A stretch of DNA of 64,000 bases from a virus (Duplodnaviria; Heunggongvirae; Uroviricota; Caudoviricetes), in IMG/VR virus record IMGVR_UViG_3300042894_003937. The stretch is one strand, 5' to 3'. Below are positions 1 through 9,668 of this stretch, piece by piece (the stretch's first letter is position 1; each line of letters begins with the position of its first letter). A program made the position numbers and the translations under genes. The notes beneath the pieces were generated by a model. It was not told where the DNA came from and made no database searches. It saw nothing but the letters and a program-made list of their open reading frames with translations.

Positions 1-54
1 ATACACGTTATATCAGAACCACGTACTTGGATTAAAGGAACTAAAGTAGTTCAA

Positions 55-486
55 TTGATTAGACCTAGAATACAGGTTATGAAGGTTAATCCATTGGCTC
101 TACAAGAACAACAAAGCTATACAGATAATTTTAAAGCACTTATTGAGAATGTAGATTTAAGTTGTTGTGGAATTAGTTGGTCTAACGGTGTCTTATATGA
201 AAATTGTGAGTCTGCAGTTTTACATTGTTTGAATAAACAATATACTGAAAATACAGGTGCTAGAATGTACTCATATGAAAGAGCAACACATAGAAGAGCT
301 AAATTAGAAAGTAGAGGATGGGAGCAAGTTTCTAGAAATAGAGTTCAAAGAAGAGATTTAAAGATTGACTTTGTACTAGAAAATAAAGAAGAATTTGAGT
401 TTACAAAAGAATGGAATGACACAGAACCACTGACGAAAAGTCAAGATCCACCAGCAAGTATGAGTAGAGGTAAAGTATGGAGCTAA
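55..486 (+). CDS. hypothetical protein (Cys-containing); ORF may begin upstream of the window
   Basis: 143-aa ORF; no recognisable motif; next gene overlaps its stop. Confidence 0.4.
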   Translation: MIRPRIQVMKVNPLALQEQQSYTDNFKALIENVDLSCCGISWSNGVLYENCESAVLHCLNKQYTENTGARMYSYERATHRRAKLESRGWEQVSRNRVQRRDLKIDFVLENKEEFEFTKEWNDTEPLTKSQDPPASMSRGKVWS

Positions 487-689
487 GAAGAGCATTTGTT
501 AAAGAAGACTCATTTTATTTAAAAAAGAATATATTATATGATGTTTATCAAGAAGTATGTGAACCACTTACTTGGACAAAGAATACTTTTTATGTAAAAC
601 ATTCACAAGGAGTTACAGCAGCAGATATAAATGATTTAATCTTTCTTGATGAATTAAGAGATAAAAAAATAGACGAACTATTTAAGTAG
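477..689 (+). CDS. small protein with C-terminal tail motif (..LDELRDKKIDELFK)
   Basis: 70-aa ORF; stop lies inside the palindrome at 657-710; tail motif R-D-K-K-I-D-E-L. Confidence 0.45.
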   Translation: MELRRAFVKEDSFYLKKNILYDVYQEVCEPLTWTKNTFYVKHSQGVTAADINDLIFLDELRDKKIDELFK

Positions 690-710
690 TTCGTCTATTT
701 TTTTATCTCT
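657..710. terminator. perfect inverted repeat (24-nt arms, 6-nt loop) between convergent genes; candidate bidirectional terminator
   Basis: agagataaaaaaatagacgaacta / tttaag / tagttcgtctatttttttatctct; arms are exact reverse complements; T-runs on both strands. Confidence 0.6.
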
Positions 711-1244
711 TCGTGAAGGAACATCTAAAAATCCATCCCATTTCCTAATTTCATCATTCTTAGCTTTAATTAGTTCAGCTCTTTTATTATCATCTAATTG
801 ATTTTTATAAAGCCAATCTAAGTGAGATTTAACATTATCAGAAATATATTTTATAGTACGACCACTAGTATCTATATCTACTAAATCATCTACAGTAAAG
901 ATATTCTGTCTATATAAGAAAAGTTTTTTCTTACCTATTACCGATGGGAAATAACCTAACTCAGAATGATAAATCCATTTTATATTTCTATATCTCTTAA
1001 AATTCCAAATATAGTTAAATATACTTTTCTTTCCATCCATTATAGCACCACCTATAAGACCATTTGTTATTAAATTCCATATCAGAAAGAAAAACAAACT
1101 TGAAAAAAGTACTGCACTAATATTAGTAGGATCTATAATACACATTTTTCCAAACCAAGTACATAAAACTGCACCTAAAATAACCAAACCAATTCCAAAA
1201 AAATGGAATAAAACAAAATTTAACTTACTATTCATATCTTTCAT
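678..1244 (-). CDS. membrane protein (several N-terminal TM helices) with C-terminal tail motif (..RRDKKIDELLK)
   Basis: 188 aa; hydrophobic N-terminal segments; C-terminus is encoded by the other arm of the 657-710 palindrome. Confidence 0.55.
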   Translation of the reverse strand: MKDMNSKLNFVLFHFFGIGLVILGAVLCTWFGKMCIIDPTNISAVLFSSLFFFLIWNLITNGLIGGAIMDGKKSIFNYIWNFKRYRNIKWIYHSELGYFPSVIGKKKLFLYRQNIFTVDDLVDIDTSGRTIKYISDNVKSHLDWLYKNQLDDNKRAELIKAKNDEIRKWDGFLDVPSRRDKKIDELLK

Positions 1245-1515
1245 TATATTTACTTAATTCATTCCAAATTTCTTGTGATGTAAATTGTTCTGCCATATCA
1301 GCAGCAAAACTTTTAACACCTCTATATCCACTTATCCATTCACCTTTACCATCTAATCTGATAAAGACCACAAAACTATTTAAGTTCCAATGTGGTTTAG
1401 TCTCACTATTCGGATTATGAGCACAGTCACCATACCAAACATCAATACATCCTGTAACACAGGGTATTCTTGAGAACCTAACCCATCCTTCTTTTAAATC
1501 TTCAAATTGTACCAT
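1228..1515 (-). CDS. hypothetical protein
   Basis: 95-aa ORF in co-directional block; start overlaps the upstream stop. Confidence 0.45.
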   Translation of the reverse strand: MVQFEDLKEGWVRFSRIPCVTGCIDVWYGDCAHNPNSETKPHWNLNSFVVFIRLDGKGEWISGYRGVKSFAADMAEQFTSQEIWNELSKYNERYE

Positions 1516-1732
1516 CTAGTATTTCATTTATTTTATCTTCTCTACGTTTTGCAATCTCTTTATCACACTGAATTATATAAGCTTCCCACATACCATTTTC
1601 TTGATATGCACTATCTAATGTGTTTTTAAGTTCAACTAAATCCCAAAAATGTAAAGTTTCTATTAGTGAAACTCTTTCAGTTGGTGTTAGTGAAGAAAAT
1701 TGTGTTATGTGTTTCATAATTATTATATACAA
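1502..1732 (-). CDS. small protein with C-terminal tail motif (..REDKINEILDGTI)
   Basis: 76-aa ORF; tail motif. Confidence 0.45.
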   Translation of the reverse strand: MYIIIMKHITQFSSLTPTERVSLIETLHFWDLVELKNTLDSAYQENGMWEAYIIQCDKEIAKRREDKINEILDGTI

Positions 1733-1784
1733 ATATAATGTAAATTATTTAATATATCTAAAATTATTTTACTATATTTGCTAT

Positions 1785-2123
1785 ATGAAAACATTTACAC
1801 ACACATTTGAAATTTCAGACGAAGGTTATTCACTTTTACTTTCTATTCAAAAAGAAGGTTATGTTGAATATAGAGATACTCGTTGGGAATCATTAGAAGA
1901 TTTTCGTGCAGATGATGATGAAACAAAATGGCGTTCAGAAGAACACTTTCTAGAACGTAATCACGGTGGTACTTACTACCTAACTTCAGAACTATTAAAA
2001 TACAATCTAATAGATCATGTTGAAGATGCTTGGCATATAACTTATGAACTAACTGACTTTGGTAAAGAAATGTTATCCTTACAAAATGTTAGAGATCAAA
2101 AAATTATCGAAATATTAAAATGA
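1785..2123 (+). CDS. hypothetical protein with C-terminal tail motif (..VRDQKIIEILK); start placed at internal ATG 1785
   Basis: ORF-track ORF 1620..2123 overlaps the minus-strand gene; the Met at 1785 (MKTFTH..) follows an A/T-rich leader. Confidence 0.5.
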   Translation: MKTFTHTFEISDEGYSLLLSIQKEGYVEYRDTRWESLEDFRADDDETKWRSEEHFLERNHGGTYYLTSELLKYNLIDHVEDAWHITYELTDFGKEMLSLQNVRDQKIIEILK

Positions 2124-2353
2124 TAGTAAGAGTTATTAAAAGTCTAATGGTATGTACCAGTAAAAAGTTAAATAACTTCACTTATGGTAGAGTTTATCGT
2201 TTCATAGATGATCCGGATATATACGATACTGGTTATCATTGGGTTAAAAATGATAAGAAAGTTATTTCAGCAGTTCCGATAAGTTCTTTCAGAACTATTG
2301 AAGAGTTTAAAGAACAATTAGAAAAGATGAAACTTAATGAAAATTTAAAATAA
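2120..2353 (+). CDS. small hypothetical protein
   Basis: 77 aa; ATGA overlap with the upstream gene. Confidence 0.4.
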   Translation: MIVRVIKSLMVCTSKKLNNFTYGRVYRFIDDPDIYDTGYHWVKNDKKVISAVPISSFRTIEEFKEQLEKMKLNENLK

Positions 2354-2358
2354 TATAT

Positions 2359-2562
2359 ATGACACTACAATTTGAAGTCGGAGATAAAGTTTTCTTACAA
2401 TCAAATCCTTTTGAAGATGGTAATTTTCTCACAAGTGGAAAGAAACTTGTTATAGATGTAAAAGATACATCTGATATGCCTGGTGCTAAATCAAATCAAT
2501 GGATTATGGTAGAAGGTTATAATGATTGGATTGATAGTACTTGGTTAAAAAAAATAAAATGA
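2359..2562 (+). CDS. small hypothetical protein
   Basis: 67-aa ORF. Confidence 0.4.
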   Translation: MTLQFEVGDKVFLQSNPFEDGNFLTSGKKLVIDVKDTSDMPGAKSNQWIMVEGYNDWIDSTWLKKIK

Positions 2563-2918
2563 TTAAAGAAATGATAGGATTGACAAAAGCATTAGATTAT
2601 ACAATACTTAAACACTTAGGATTAGAACCTAATGGTAACACACTATATAAGGTATGTTATGAAGGTTTTATTAGTAAGTGTCAACCTTGTTATGATAAAA
2701 TAGTAGAATATCATAAACTACAAAGTGGTAGTGATAAATTAGATGCAGTTTTTAGATTATCAACACCACTATTCATCAAAATACATTCTGATAATTGTAT
2801 TACATACTCTTTATCTCTAAATGATAGAGACCTTTGTTTTTTAGGTGAATTAGATTTAAACGCACTCTTTAAAACAGAAATTAGAGAATATAAATTAGAA
2901 AGTTTATTTGTTTTTTAA
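2541..2918 (+). CDS. hypothetical protein
   Basis: 125-aa ORF. Confidence 0.45.
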   Translation: MVKKNKMIKEMIGLTKALDYTILKHLGLEPNGNTLYKVCYEGFISKCQPCYDKIVEYHKLQSGSDKLDAVFRLSTPLFIKIHSDNCITYSLSLNDRDLCFLGELDLNALFKTEIREYKLESLFVF

Positions 2919-2961
2919 GTAAAATTCCGTATATTTGCTATAGAAATTTAATATATAGTAT

Positions 2962-3264
2962 ATGATAATCGATTTTACTGAATACAAATACGGAACGAAA
3001 TTAAATATGACTTTATCAGACGATAAATCTGATGTAAAGGTGGCCGCAATTGTTGAAGAAATTTCATGGGCACCTAACAGAACCCCGTTTCTAGTACACT
3101 TAATTTTAGACGAAAGTGGAGACACTACTAAATGGCCAAATAAGTCTAAAATAGTTTTAGAAGTGAAGTGTAATGATGAAAAAGAACAAATGTTTCTTTT
3201 AGATTGTCCTGCGATGTTAGGAAGAAAAACATTACGTTGTAAAGCAAAAATTCATTTAAACTAA
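2962..3264 (+). CDS. hypothetical protein
   Basis: 100-aa ORF followed by a terminator. Confidence 0.45.
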   Translation: MIIDFTEYKYGTKLNMTLSDDKSDVKVAAIVEEISWAPNRTPFLVHLILDESGDTTKWPNKSKIVLEVKCNDEKEQMFLLDCPAMLGRKTLRCKAKIHLN

Positions 3265-3336
3265 AATAAGTTCTAAATAGGATAACAACTCTGAGAGGTC
3301 GAAAGACAGGAAATATATCTGGTGCAGTTTAGACAC

Positions 3337-3370
3337 AAAGAGAGAGCAATTTGCTCTCTTTTTTTATTTT
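3337..3370 (+). terminator. rho-independent terminator-like hairpin with T-run
   Basis: aaagagagagcaatttgctctctttttttatttt: stem agagagc/gctctct followed by T-tract. Confidence 0.5.
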
Positions 3371-3406
3371 ATTAGTTTTTTATCTAAAAACTTTAATATA
3401 TAAAAT

Positions 3407-4687
3407 ATGAAATTAAATGAAGCTAAATTTAGAAGTCCAGAGTGGCTAAGAAACTTTGTTGACTTTGAAGTCAATACAGGTGAAGATATTAAAGGTGAAC
3501 CTTCTAAAAGAAAGGCCGCTAAACTTGAGAAAGAAAAACAAGATAAACTTAGAGCAGAAGCTAAAAAAAGAGCAGAAGCTAAAGAAAAAGCGGAAAAAGA
3601 GAGAAAAGAACAAGAGGATAGATATAAAGCTTGGAGAAAACAAGCTGATGAAAAAGAAGAACAAGATAAAATTGAACGAGATCTTAATACTCTTTATCGA
3701 TCAATAATCACTGACTTTAGTTCCGCTCGTTATTCAGATAAGATTAGTACACCACAAAGAAATGGTAAAACTGCGTTCTACTATACATTTGAGAATGGGA
3801 AAGTTATCAGAATGTATAAAAGTGCTACTGATAATAGATACCAGTTAGAATCGGAAACTCATATTTATACACTTGGTGTTATATGGTCAGGTAAATTTAT
3901 AGATTTAGCAAATGAAATGATTAAGAAGGGTACATCAAGACCTACTAGTGGTAGATCTGGTTATGATAGATATGATAGTTATGGTGGTAGTAGATCATCA
4001 GGTTCATCTGGTAGTTCAGGTTCTTCACAACAACAAAGAAAAGCTAATACACCACCAAAATGGAAAGACCATCCGAAAGGAGCAATGTATCAAAACTTAA
4101 AAGATACAGTTAAATTAAGAGAAGAACAATTAAAAAGAGCTAGTGGTTCTGATAGAGAAGCTTTACAAAATGAGTTGAATGCTGCTAAAAGAATGTTAGA
4201 CAATCTTAATAAAAAATATAGTTTTGAAAGTAATATACAGAACTTCTCACAATTCAATCAAATCTTTGAAAAAAGTAAGTTTGTTGATACCGATGAGTTT
4301 AACGAATTATTAGATAAGATAAATGATACTGGAATCACCTCTTTAACAGATATAGAAAAGAAAAGATTAGACCTTTTCTCAATGGATGATGAACCTATTT
4401 TAGATTTAATTGATAGAATGGGAGATTTAACTGCTGAGTTTAAAATAATAAACAAAAAGATAAAACAGTTATCTGACGAAGGTAAATCAGTTGAAGCTAA
4501 GAATTTATTTAGAGATCAATGGGACCCAATGAATGATGAGATGATTAAACTTGAAAGAGAAATCAAAAGTTATGGTATTGAAGTAGGTGACGAAACATTT
4601 ATGTCAATGATGAACAAACACAGAGGTGATGTTTATGGTTATGATGTTGATAATGAAGATGATGATGAATTAGAAATGGATATGTAA
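3407..4687 (+). CDS. K/E-rich coiled-coil protein with Gly/Ser-rich low-complexity segment
   Basis: 426 aa; long KE-rich heptad-like N-terminal region; SGSSGSSGSS tract. Confidence 0.6.
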   Translation: MKLNEAKFRSPEWLRNFVDFEVNTGEDIKGEPSKRKAAKLEKEKQDKLRAEAKKRAEAKEKAEKERKEQEDRYKAWRKQADEKEEQDKIERDLNTLYRSIITDFSSARYSDKISTPQRNGKTAFYYTFENGKVIRMYKSATDNRYQLESETHIYTLGVIWSGKFIDLANEMIKKGTSRPTSGRSGYDRYDSYGGSRSSGSSGSSGSSQQQRKANTPPKWKDHPKGAMYQNLKDTVKLREEQLKRASGSDREALQNELNAAKRMLDNLNKKYSFESNIQNFSQFNQIFEKSKFVDTDEFNELLDKINDTGITSLTDIEKKRLDLFSMDDEPILDLIDRMGDLTAEFKIINKKIKQLSDEGKSVEAKNLFRDQWDPMNDEMIKLEREIKSYGIEVGDETFMSMMNKHRGDVYGYDVDNEDDDELEMDM

Positions 4688-5163
4688 TGAGATATATAAG
4701 AACACTTGAATCATTAAAAGAAGATAAAGAAGAACTTGATCAATTTAAAGAAATAATTAAAATGATTTTTGTTGATTTAATTGATGAAGGATTTTCTCCA
4801 CAAATACTATTACAACAAAGAGTTAAGTCACGTATCAATGATTATACAACTCGTCTGGCAGAAAGTTATAATAACTGTAATGTTGTTTATATTAGACTTG
4901 TGAGAAATAAGTTATGGTCGGACCAAGAAGCATACAACTATCCACAGAATAATAAATCAGAAGAATTTAAAGATAAAATAACTGATTGTTTTGAAACTCT
5001 TCTAGCTTTGTTAGACAGAAGATGGAATGGTGCAAAGATTGAAAAGATTGTTAGACAAGACGCAGTTACTGCTAGTGATACTTACTTTCATGTTTTAGAT
5101 GAAAGAGTATGGAGTAGAGACTTTATATCAATTGCAATTACAATAGTTAAAAAAGAAATATAA
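4687..5163 (+). CDS. hypothetical protein with divergent Fam-A-like N-terminus (MRYIRTLESLKE)
   Basis: 158 aa; stop/start overlap with the neighbour. Confidence 0.5.
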   Translation: MRYIRTLESLKEDKEELDQFKEIIKMIFVDLIDEGFSPQILLQQRVKSRINDYTTRLAESYNNCNVVYIRLVRNKLWSDQEAYNYPQNNKSEEFKDKITDCFETLLALLDRRWNGAKIEKIVRQDAVTASDTYFHVLDERVWSRDFISIAITIVKKEI

Positions 5164-5164
5164 T

Positions 5165-5557
5165 ATGAGATACTTAAAATTATTTGAAGATAACGAAGAT
5201 ATAACTATTGATAAAGATTATATTGAAATGTGTTTCGTTGATTTTATTGATGAGGATAACTTTAAACTAATGTTTCATGGACGAGTAAGTAGCAAAACTT
5301 GTGAGATCACTATTGATATGGAAGATAGTTCTTTACCTTTCTCTAGTTCAATAAGAGAATTTACTATGAGAACTGAACTGAGAAATCAACTATTTAATAA
5401 AATTGAAGAATGTTTATCTAAAGTAAAAATTGAATATCCTACAATGAAACATAAAGTAATGGATATGACTGGTGCTGATCAAACAGAAGTTAAAATTATA
5501 TTATCAGTATCAGAATCTTATATTTCATATAATCCTTCTGGATGGTTTCCGTTATAA
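5165..5557 (+). CDS. hypothetical protein with divergent Fam-A-like N-terminus (MRYLKLFEDNED)
   Basis: 130 aa. Confidence 0.5.
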   Translation: MRYLKLFEDNEDITIDKDYIEMCFVDFIDEDNFKLMFHGRVSSKTCEITIDMEDSSLPFSSSIREFTMRTELRNQLFNKIEECLSKVKIEYPTMKHKVMDMTGADQTEVKIILSVSESYISYNPSGWFPL

Positions 5558-5603
5558 TTTGTATTTTATTAAACTTTTATCTATTTTTGTATAAAATAAA
5601 TAT

Positions 5604-6062
5604 ATGAGAGTAGCATTTTTCCACGGCTTAGAGTCGAAACCCCACAGTGAAAAGAACATAGAATTAGTAAAACATTTTGGTGAATCAAATGTTTATGCGC
5701 CTGCTATGGACTATCGAGATCCTTGGTTATTCGATACTGTATTAAAAGAAATAAAAGAAAGAGATATCCAATTACTTATTGGTTCTTCAATGGGTGGGTA
5801 CTTCTCATATTGTTTATCTACAATCACTGGTATTCCTACTTTATTATTCAATCCTGCCGTGATAGGTCGTTCTTTTGATCCAGTTACTGAATTAGGTAAT
5901 CTACCAGCAAAACACACCGTTGTACTAGGTATGAATGATGATGTAATTGATCCAATTAAATCAACTGCTTACTTTATGAAAAATGGTATAGGTGAGTTTG
6001 AGTATAATAAAGAAGATATAGGACATAGAATTCCTATTGAAATATTTACTAAATACCTATAA
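5604..6062 (+). CDS. alpha/beta-hydrolase-fold esterase (YqiA/UPF0227-like)
   Basis: FFHGLES.., nucleophile elbow GSSMGG, NPAV motif; collinear with E. coli YqiA. Confidence 0.6.
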   Translation: MRVAFFHGLESKPHSEKNIELVKHFGESNVYAPAMDYRDPWLFDTVLKEIKERDIQLLIGSSMGGYFSYCLSTITGIPTLLFNPAVIGRSFDPVTELGNLPAKHTVVLGMNDDVIDPIKSTAYFMKNGIGEFEYNKEDIGHRIPIEIFTKYL

Positions 6063-6114
6063 TCGTTTTTATTTCTGAAAAGTATTCCGTATCTTTGTTG
6101 AAATCAAAAGAGAT

Positions 6115-6813
6115 ATGACAAAAACTACTACAGACTTTACAATAAATCAAAAATTTGACTTTTTAAGTGACTTAACTACTATGGTAGTAAACAATACTAC
6201 ACCATCCATCGTGGTTGTGGGACAAGGTGGACTAGGAAAAACTCACTCTGTGTTAGCAACCATCAAAGACAATGATGTTGATGAAAGTAATTTCTTATTC
6301 ATTAAAGGTTACTCAACTGCGAGAGGTCTTTATAATACTTTATATGATAATAACGGAAAACTGATCGTATTTGACGACTGTGACTCTGTGTTAGAAGATA
6401 AAATCGCACTTAACATCTTAAAATCAGCTCTTGACTCTTACGAAAAAAGAACAATAACTTGGTCTGCTCGTATGAATAAAGCAGATGTTTATCCACAATC
6501 ATTTGATTTCACTGGAAGAATTATCTTTATTTCTAATAAAGACAAATCTAAAATTGATGGTGCTATCTTATCAAGAAGTTTAACTGTTGATTTGAGTATG
6601 ACACCAGATGAAAAAATCGAAAGAATGGAATACATCTTACCTAACATCTTACCAGACTATGAGTTAGCAGTTAAGAAAGATGCTTTAAAATTCTTATCAG
6701 AGAATAAAGAAAGTGATAACTTGAACCTTAGAACATTGATAATGGTGTCTAAAATTAGACATTCTTACAAGAATACTTGGCAAGACTTATCAAACTATAT
6801 GATAAATTCATAA
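6115..6813 (+). CDS. P-loop NTPase (Walker A GQGGLGKT, Walker B LIVFDDCD)
   Basis: 232 aa with both Walker motifs. Confidence 0.6.
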   Translation: MTKTTTDFTINQKFDFLSDLTTMVVNNTTPSIVVVGQGGLGKTHSVLATIKDNDVDESNFLFIKGYSTARGLYNTLYDNNGKLIVFDDCDSVLEDKIALNILKSALDSYEKRTITWSARMNKADVYPQSFDFTGRIIFISNKDKSKIDGAILSRSLTVDLSMTPDEKIERMEYILPNILPDYELAVKKDALKFLSENKESDNLNLRTLIMVSKIRHSYKNTWQDLSNYMINS

Positions 6814-7049
6814 TGACTAATAGATCAGCATACGGAACATTTACCGTTGTTTATATCGACGACTACTATGATACTCTTACTACTGGTAAAGAGTATCAAG
6901 TCGGTATTTATGATATAATCGAACAAGGTTCTTCCGAAGAAAGCTATCTTATTGAAAATGATTTAGGTTACACTGAATGTTTCTATAGTGATAGTTTCAA
7001 AAGAGTAAACAAATCCGAAGAACGTGATATAAAGTTAAAGGAATTGTGA
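6777..7049 (+). CDS. small protein with tail motif (..EERDIKLKEL)
   Basis: 90-aa ORF. Confidence 0.45.
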   Translation: MARLIKLYDKFIMTNRSAYGTFTVVYIDDYYDTLTTGKEYQVGIYDIIEQGSSEESYLIENDLGYTECFYSDSFKRVNKSEERDIKLKEL

Positions 7050-7058
7050 ATATAAACT

Positions 7059-7433
7059 ATGATAAATTTTAAATGGAAAACTAAAAAGTCAGACTCTAGA
7101 GCTACATTCCCATTAGATGTAATCTATACTCGTAATATAAAATTATTATTCGGTATTCAAATAGCGGAATATATTCGTGTAGTTACTTATCCTGGTTGTA
7201 CTAATAAAAGATTTACATATCTACGAAGAGTTCTCACATCTGAAAGTCCGTGGACTCACCTACAAGATCCAAAATGGAAAATCAGAATAACTAGATCTTT
7301 AAATTTACTTCTTCATAAAGATATAGAAGCCAATGAAGTTTTAGAAACAAAATACATTAAAAAGTATCCATTTTTAATGAAAAACTTCTTAGAATTAGAA
7401 AGAGAAAGAAAACTCAAACAACTAGGAATATGA
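7059..7433 (+). CDS. hypothetical protein with tail motif (..RERKLKQLGI)
   Basis: 124-aa ORF. Confidence 0.5.
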   Translation: MINFKWKTKKSDSRATFPLDVIYTRNIKLLFGIQIAEYIRVVTYPGCTNKRFTYLRRVLTSESPWTHLQDPKWKIRITRSLNLLLHKDIEANEVLETKYIKKYPFLMKNFLELERERKLKQLGI

Positions 7434-7461
7434 CAAAAAATCAGTCAACTAATCAAACAAT

Positions 7462-7500
7462 AAATGTCGAGAAAAAACCCGACATTTATATTATTATTAG
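7462..7500. terminator. hairpin terminator between convergent genes
   Basis: aaatgtcg-agaaaaaacc-cgacattt followed by tatattattatt. Confidence 0.5.
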
Positions 7501-7525
7501 TTATATATCATGATGTTACATGTTT

Positions 7526-7720
7526 TTAGTTTATATGGAACTTTTCAATGTTATTTTTTCCACACTTAGTACACTTCTGACGAATGACTTTATACTTTGA
7601 TTCAGCTAAACCAACCGTATTCTCAACCGTTTTGTCTTCCCAATTATGAAGACACTTGTCACGTCTAAGATAAACAATCGCTACCGCAGCAGCACATAAA
7701 AAGAAGAAAGATAAGTCCAT
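7526..7720 (-). CDS. small membrane / CxxC protein
   Basis: 64 aa; N-terminal hydrophobic helix; CTKCGKN. Confidence 0.35.
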   Translation of the reverse strand: MDLSFFFLCAAAVAIVYLRRDKCLHNWEDKTVENTVGLAESKYKVIRQKCTKCGKNNIEKFHIN

Positions 7721-7788
7721 AATGTTTTTTGTTTTGTTTTACAAATATACGAAATATAATCCATATCTTTACAATATAATTAAAAAAA

Positions 7789-8205
7789 ATGAGAGTCATA
7801 TTCACCGACATAGACGGAGTTCTAAATCCACATTGGAAAACAAAGTGGAGCAAGGTTGCTATAGACCAATATAACAAGGTTTGTAGAGACTTTGACTTAA
7901 CGCCTGTAATCACTTCAACCTGGAGACTAAATCACACAATAGAAGAGCTACAAGAGATTTTTACTAAACAAGGTATAACAACCCCAATTTATGATTTCAC
8001 ACCTCATATCGACCAAGCAGATAGAGGAATAGAAATAAAAGAATGGTTAAAGAATAATGCTGTTGATAACTTTGTTATCATAGATGATAAAACTTCCGAT
8101 ATAGAGCGACATATAAATAATGTGGTAAAGTGTCGTAGTTGGATCGGTTTAACAAAAGACGAATATAAAGAAATTGAAATAATACTAAATGAAAGTAATT
8201 TGTAA
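7789..8205 (+). CDS. HAD-superfamily hydrolase-like protein (motif I DxDG: FTDIDGVL)
   Basis: 138 aa; DIDGV near the N-terminus; VIIDDK later. Confidence 0.5.
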   Translation: MRVIFTDIDGVLNPHWKTKWSKVAIDQYNKVCRDFDLTPVITSTWRLNHTIEELQEIFTKQGITTPIYDFTPHIDQADRGIEIKEWLKNNAVDNFVIIDDKTSDIERHINNVVKCRSWIGLTKDEYKEIEIILNESNL

Positions 8206-8413
8206 TATAGGATATGAAGCTACTCACCGTGGTGAAGCAGGGAATGTAAGAATTGTATTTAAGAGAGGTCAAGTATATGATACGTTATCTGAATATGATA
8301 ACTGTTATATGTTCTTATTTGACCACGACATTTATATTATAAAAAAACTGTACTTTCTGACATTAGAACAAGTAGCTAAGAGAAAACTATTCTCGTTTAA
8401 CAAAAAAGCTTAG
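8189..8413 (+). CDS. small hypothetical protein
   Basis: 74-aa ORF. Confidence 0.4.
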   Translation: MKVICNIGYEATHRGEAGNVRIVFKRGQVYDTLSEYDNCYMFLFDHDIYIIKKLYFLTLEQVAKRKLFSFNKKA

Positions 8414-9237
8414 GTTATTTTTTTACCTATTTTCAATTTTATTGAGTACAATCCATATCTTTTAGTAAACTGTTCAGTATCAATATTATCAATAATAACA
8501 TCCTCACACGAGTAGTAATATTTGCTACCCATAAAGGTTTGAAAACAAACAAACTCACTCTTTTTACAATCAAAATCCTCAAAATGAAAGTTGAATAAGT
8601 TATATTGTTTTGACAACATATGTAAGAATGGTATGAAATGATCTTTTACTTCATCCCAAGTAAATATCTGTGTAACACCTGATATTTTAATTACTACTTC
8701 GGTCATATGACCACCATACTGTTCAGTATATTCAACCTCAAAGTTTTTATCTGTAAGGTAAGCTAAGTGAGTATCACAGAAGTCTTCAAGTTCTTCTTTT
8801 GGTGATAAACTCTCATTAAGTTGTTCTTTCTCACCAGATAAATATATATCTATGTAAGATACTACCTCAGTGGATAGTTTATCTAACTGATTTTCAAAGT
8901 TATCTCTGATTACTAAATTTATAGTAGGTCCTAAAATTTTAATTTCACTGATTTCATATTCCTTTTCTAATCTTACACAAAAAGGAATAAAATGATCCTT
9001 AATATCACCCCAATTAAAATCTTCTCTTTCTACACCTCTCTCCGCTCTCTGTTTTAAAGTTAAAGATTCTTTTTTAATTCCAATTGAAACATTTCCTATT
9101 GCATATTGTTGACCAACTCTTATTCGGAAACCTTCATCCATAAGATAAGCTAAATTAGTCTCACAATACTCAGTAAGTTCATTCTTTTGATCTCTCGACC
9201 ATCTATCAAATGCTTCAAATAATTTTATATACTTCAT
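8410..9237 (-). CDS. Fam-A paralog, two-domain (two LAYL..DHFIPF units)
   Basis: MKYIKLFEAF..; EYCETNLAYLMDEGF and DFCDTHLAYLTDKNF; GDIKDHFIPF and DEVKDHFIPFLHML. Confidence 0.7.
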   Translation of the reverse strand: MKYIKLFEAFDRWSRDQKNELTEYCETNLAYLMDEGFRIRVGQQYAIGNVSIGIKKESLTLKQRAERGVEREDFNWGDIKDHFIPFCVRLEKEYEISEIKILGPTINLVIRDNFENQLDKLSTEVVSYIDIYLSGEKEQLNESLSPKEELEDFCDTHLAYLTDKNFEVEYTEQYGGHMTEVVIKISGVTQIFTWDEVKDHFIPFLHMLSKQYNLFNFHFEDFDCKKSEFVCFQTFMGSKYYYSCEDVIIDNIDTEQFTKRYGLYSIKLKIGKKIT

Positions 9238-9668
9238 TTCTTATCATTTATTGTTATAGAGATCTTATCGAGCATCAAATATTTTAAATCTTCTTCATCA
9301 AGTAAATCTTGTAATGAATAACAAATACCACGCATACTTTCATCATATATTACATACGGTTTATCTGACCTATTACTGGATGAATCCTCTAATTCATAAC
9401 GTCTTTCTAATAGTTGTAAAAATGGTAAAATCCTATCTTTTACTGAATCCCAAGAAGTACCTTCATCTTTCTCTATACTTATATTTATACATCTACTATC
9501 AACTGGTATATAACCTTTTTTGGTATTCCAAATCCTAAAATCTATTTCCCAACCTTCATCAACTAAATAAGCTAATGATTGTTCAGTAAGATCCTTTACC
9601 TCTTCTAAAAGATTATCATAATATAATTCAACATCTTTCCAAGATTCAAATAAATTTATATACTTCAT
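9234..9668 (-). CDS. Fam-A paralog
   Basis: MKYINLFESW..LAYLVDEGW..DSVKDRILPFLQLL; ATGA overlaps on both sides. Confidence 0.7.
   Translation of the reverse strand: MKYINLFESWKDVELYYDNLLEEVKDLTEQSLAYLVDEGWEIDFRIWNTKKGYIPVDSRCINISIEKDEGTSWDSVKDRILPFLQLLERRYELEDSSSNRSDKPYVIYDESMRGICYSLQDLLDEEDLKYLMLDKISITINDKK

Noticed and set aside
3446-3707. Two overlapping ORFs (3446..3664 minus, 3456..3707 plus) inside the KE-rich gene
   Set aside because: Alternative-frame and antisense readings of a purine-rich (aaa/gaa) low-complexity stretch; the long 3407..4687 frame is the coherent one.
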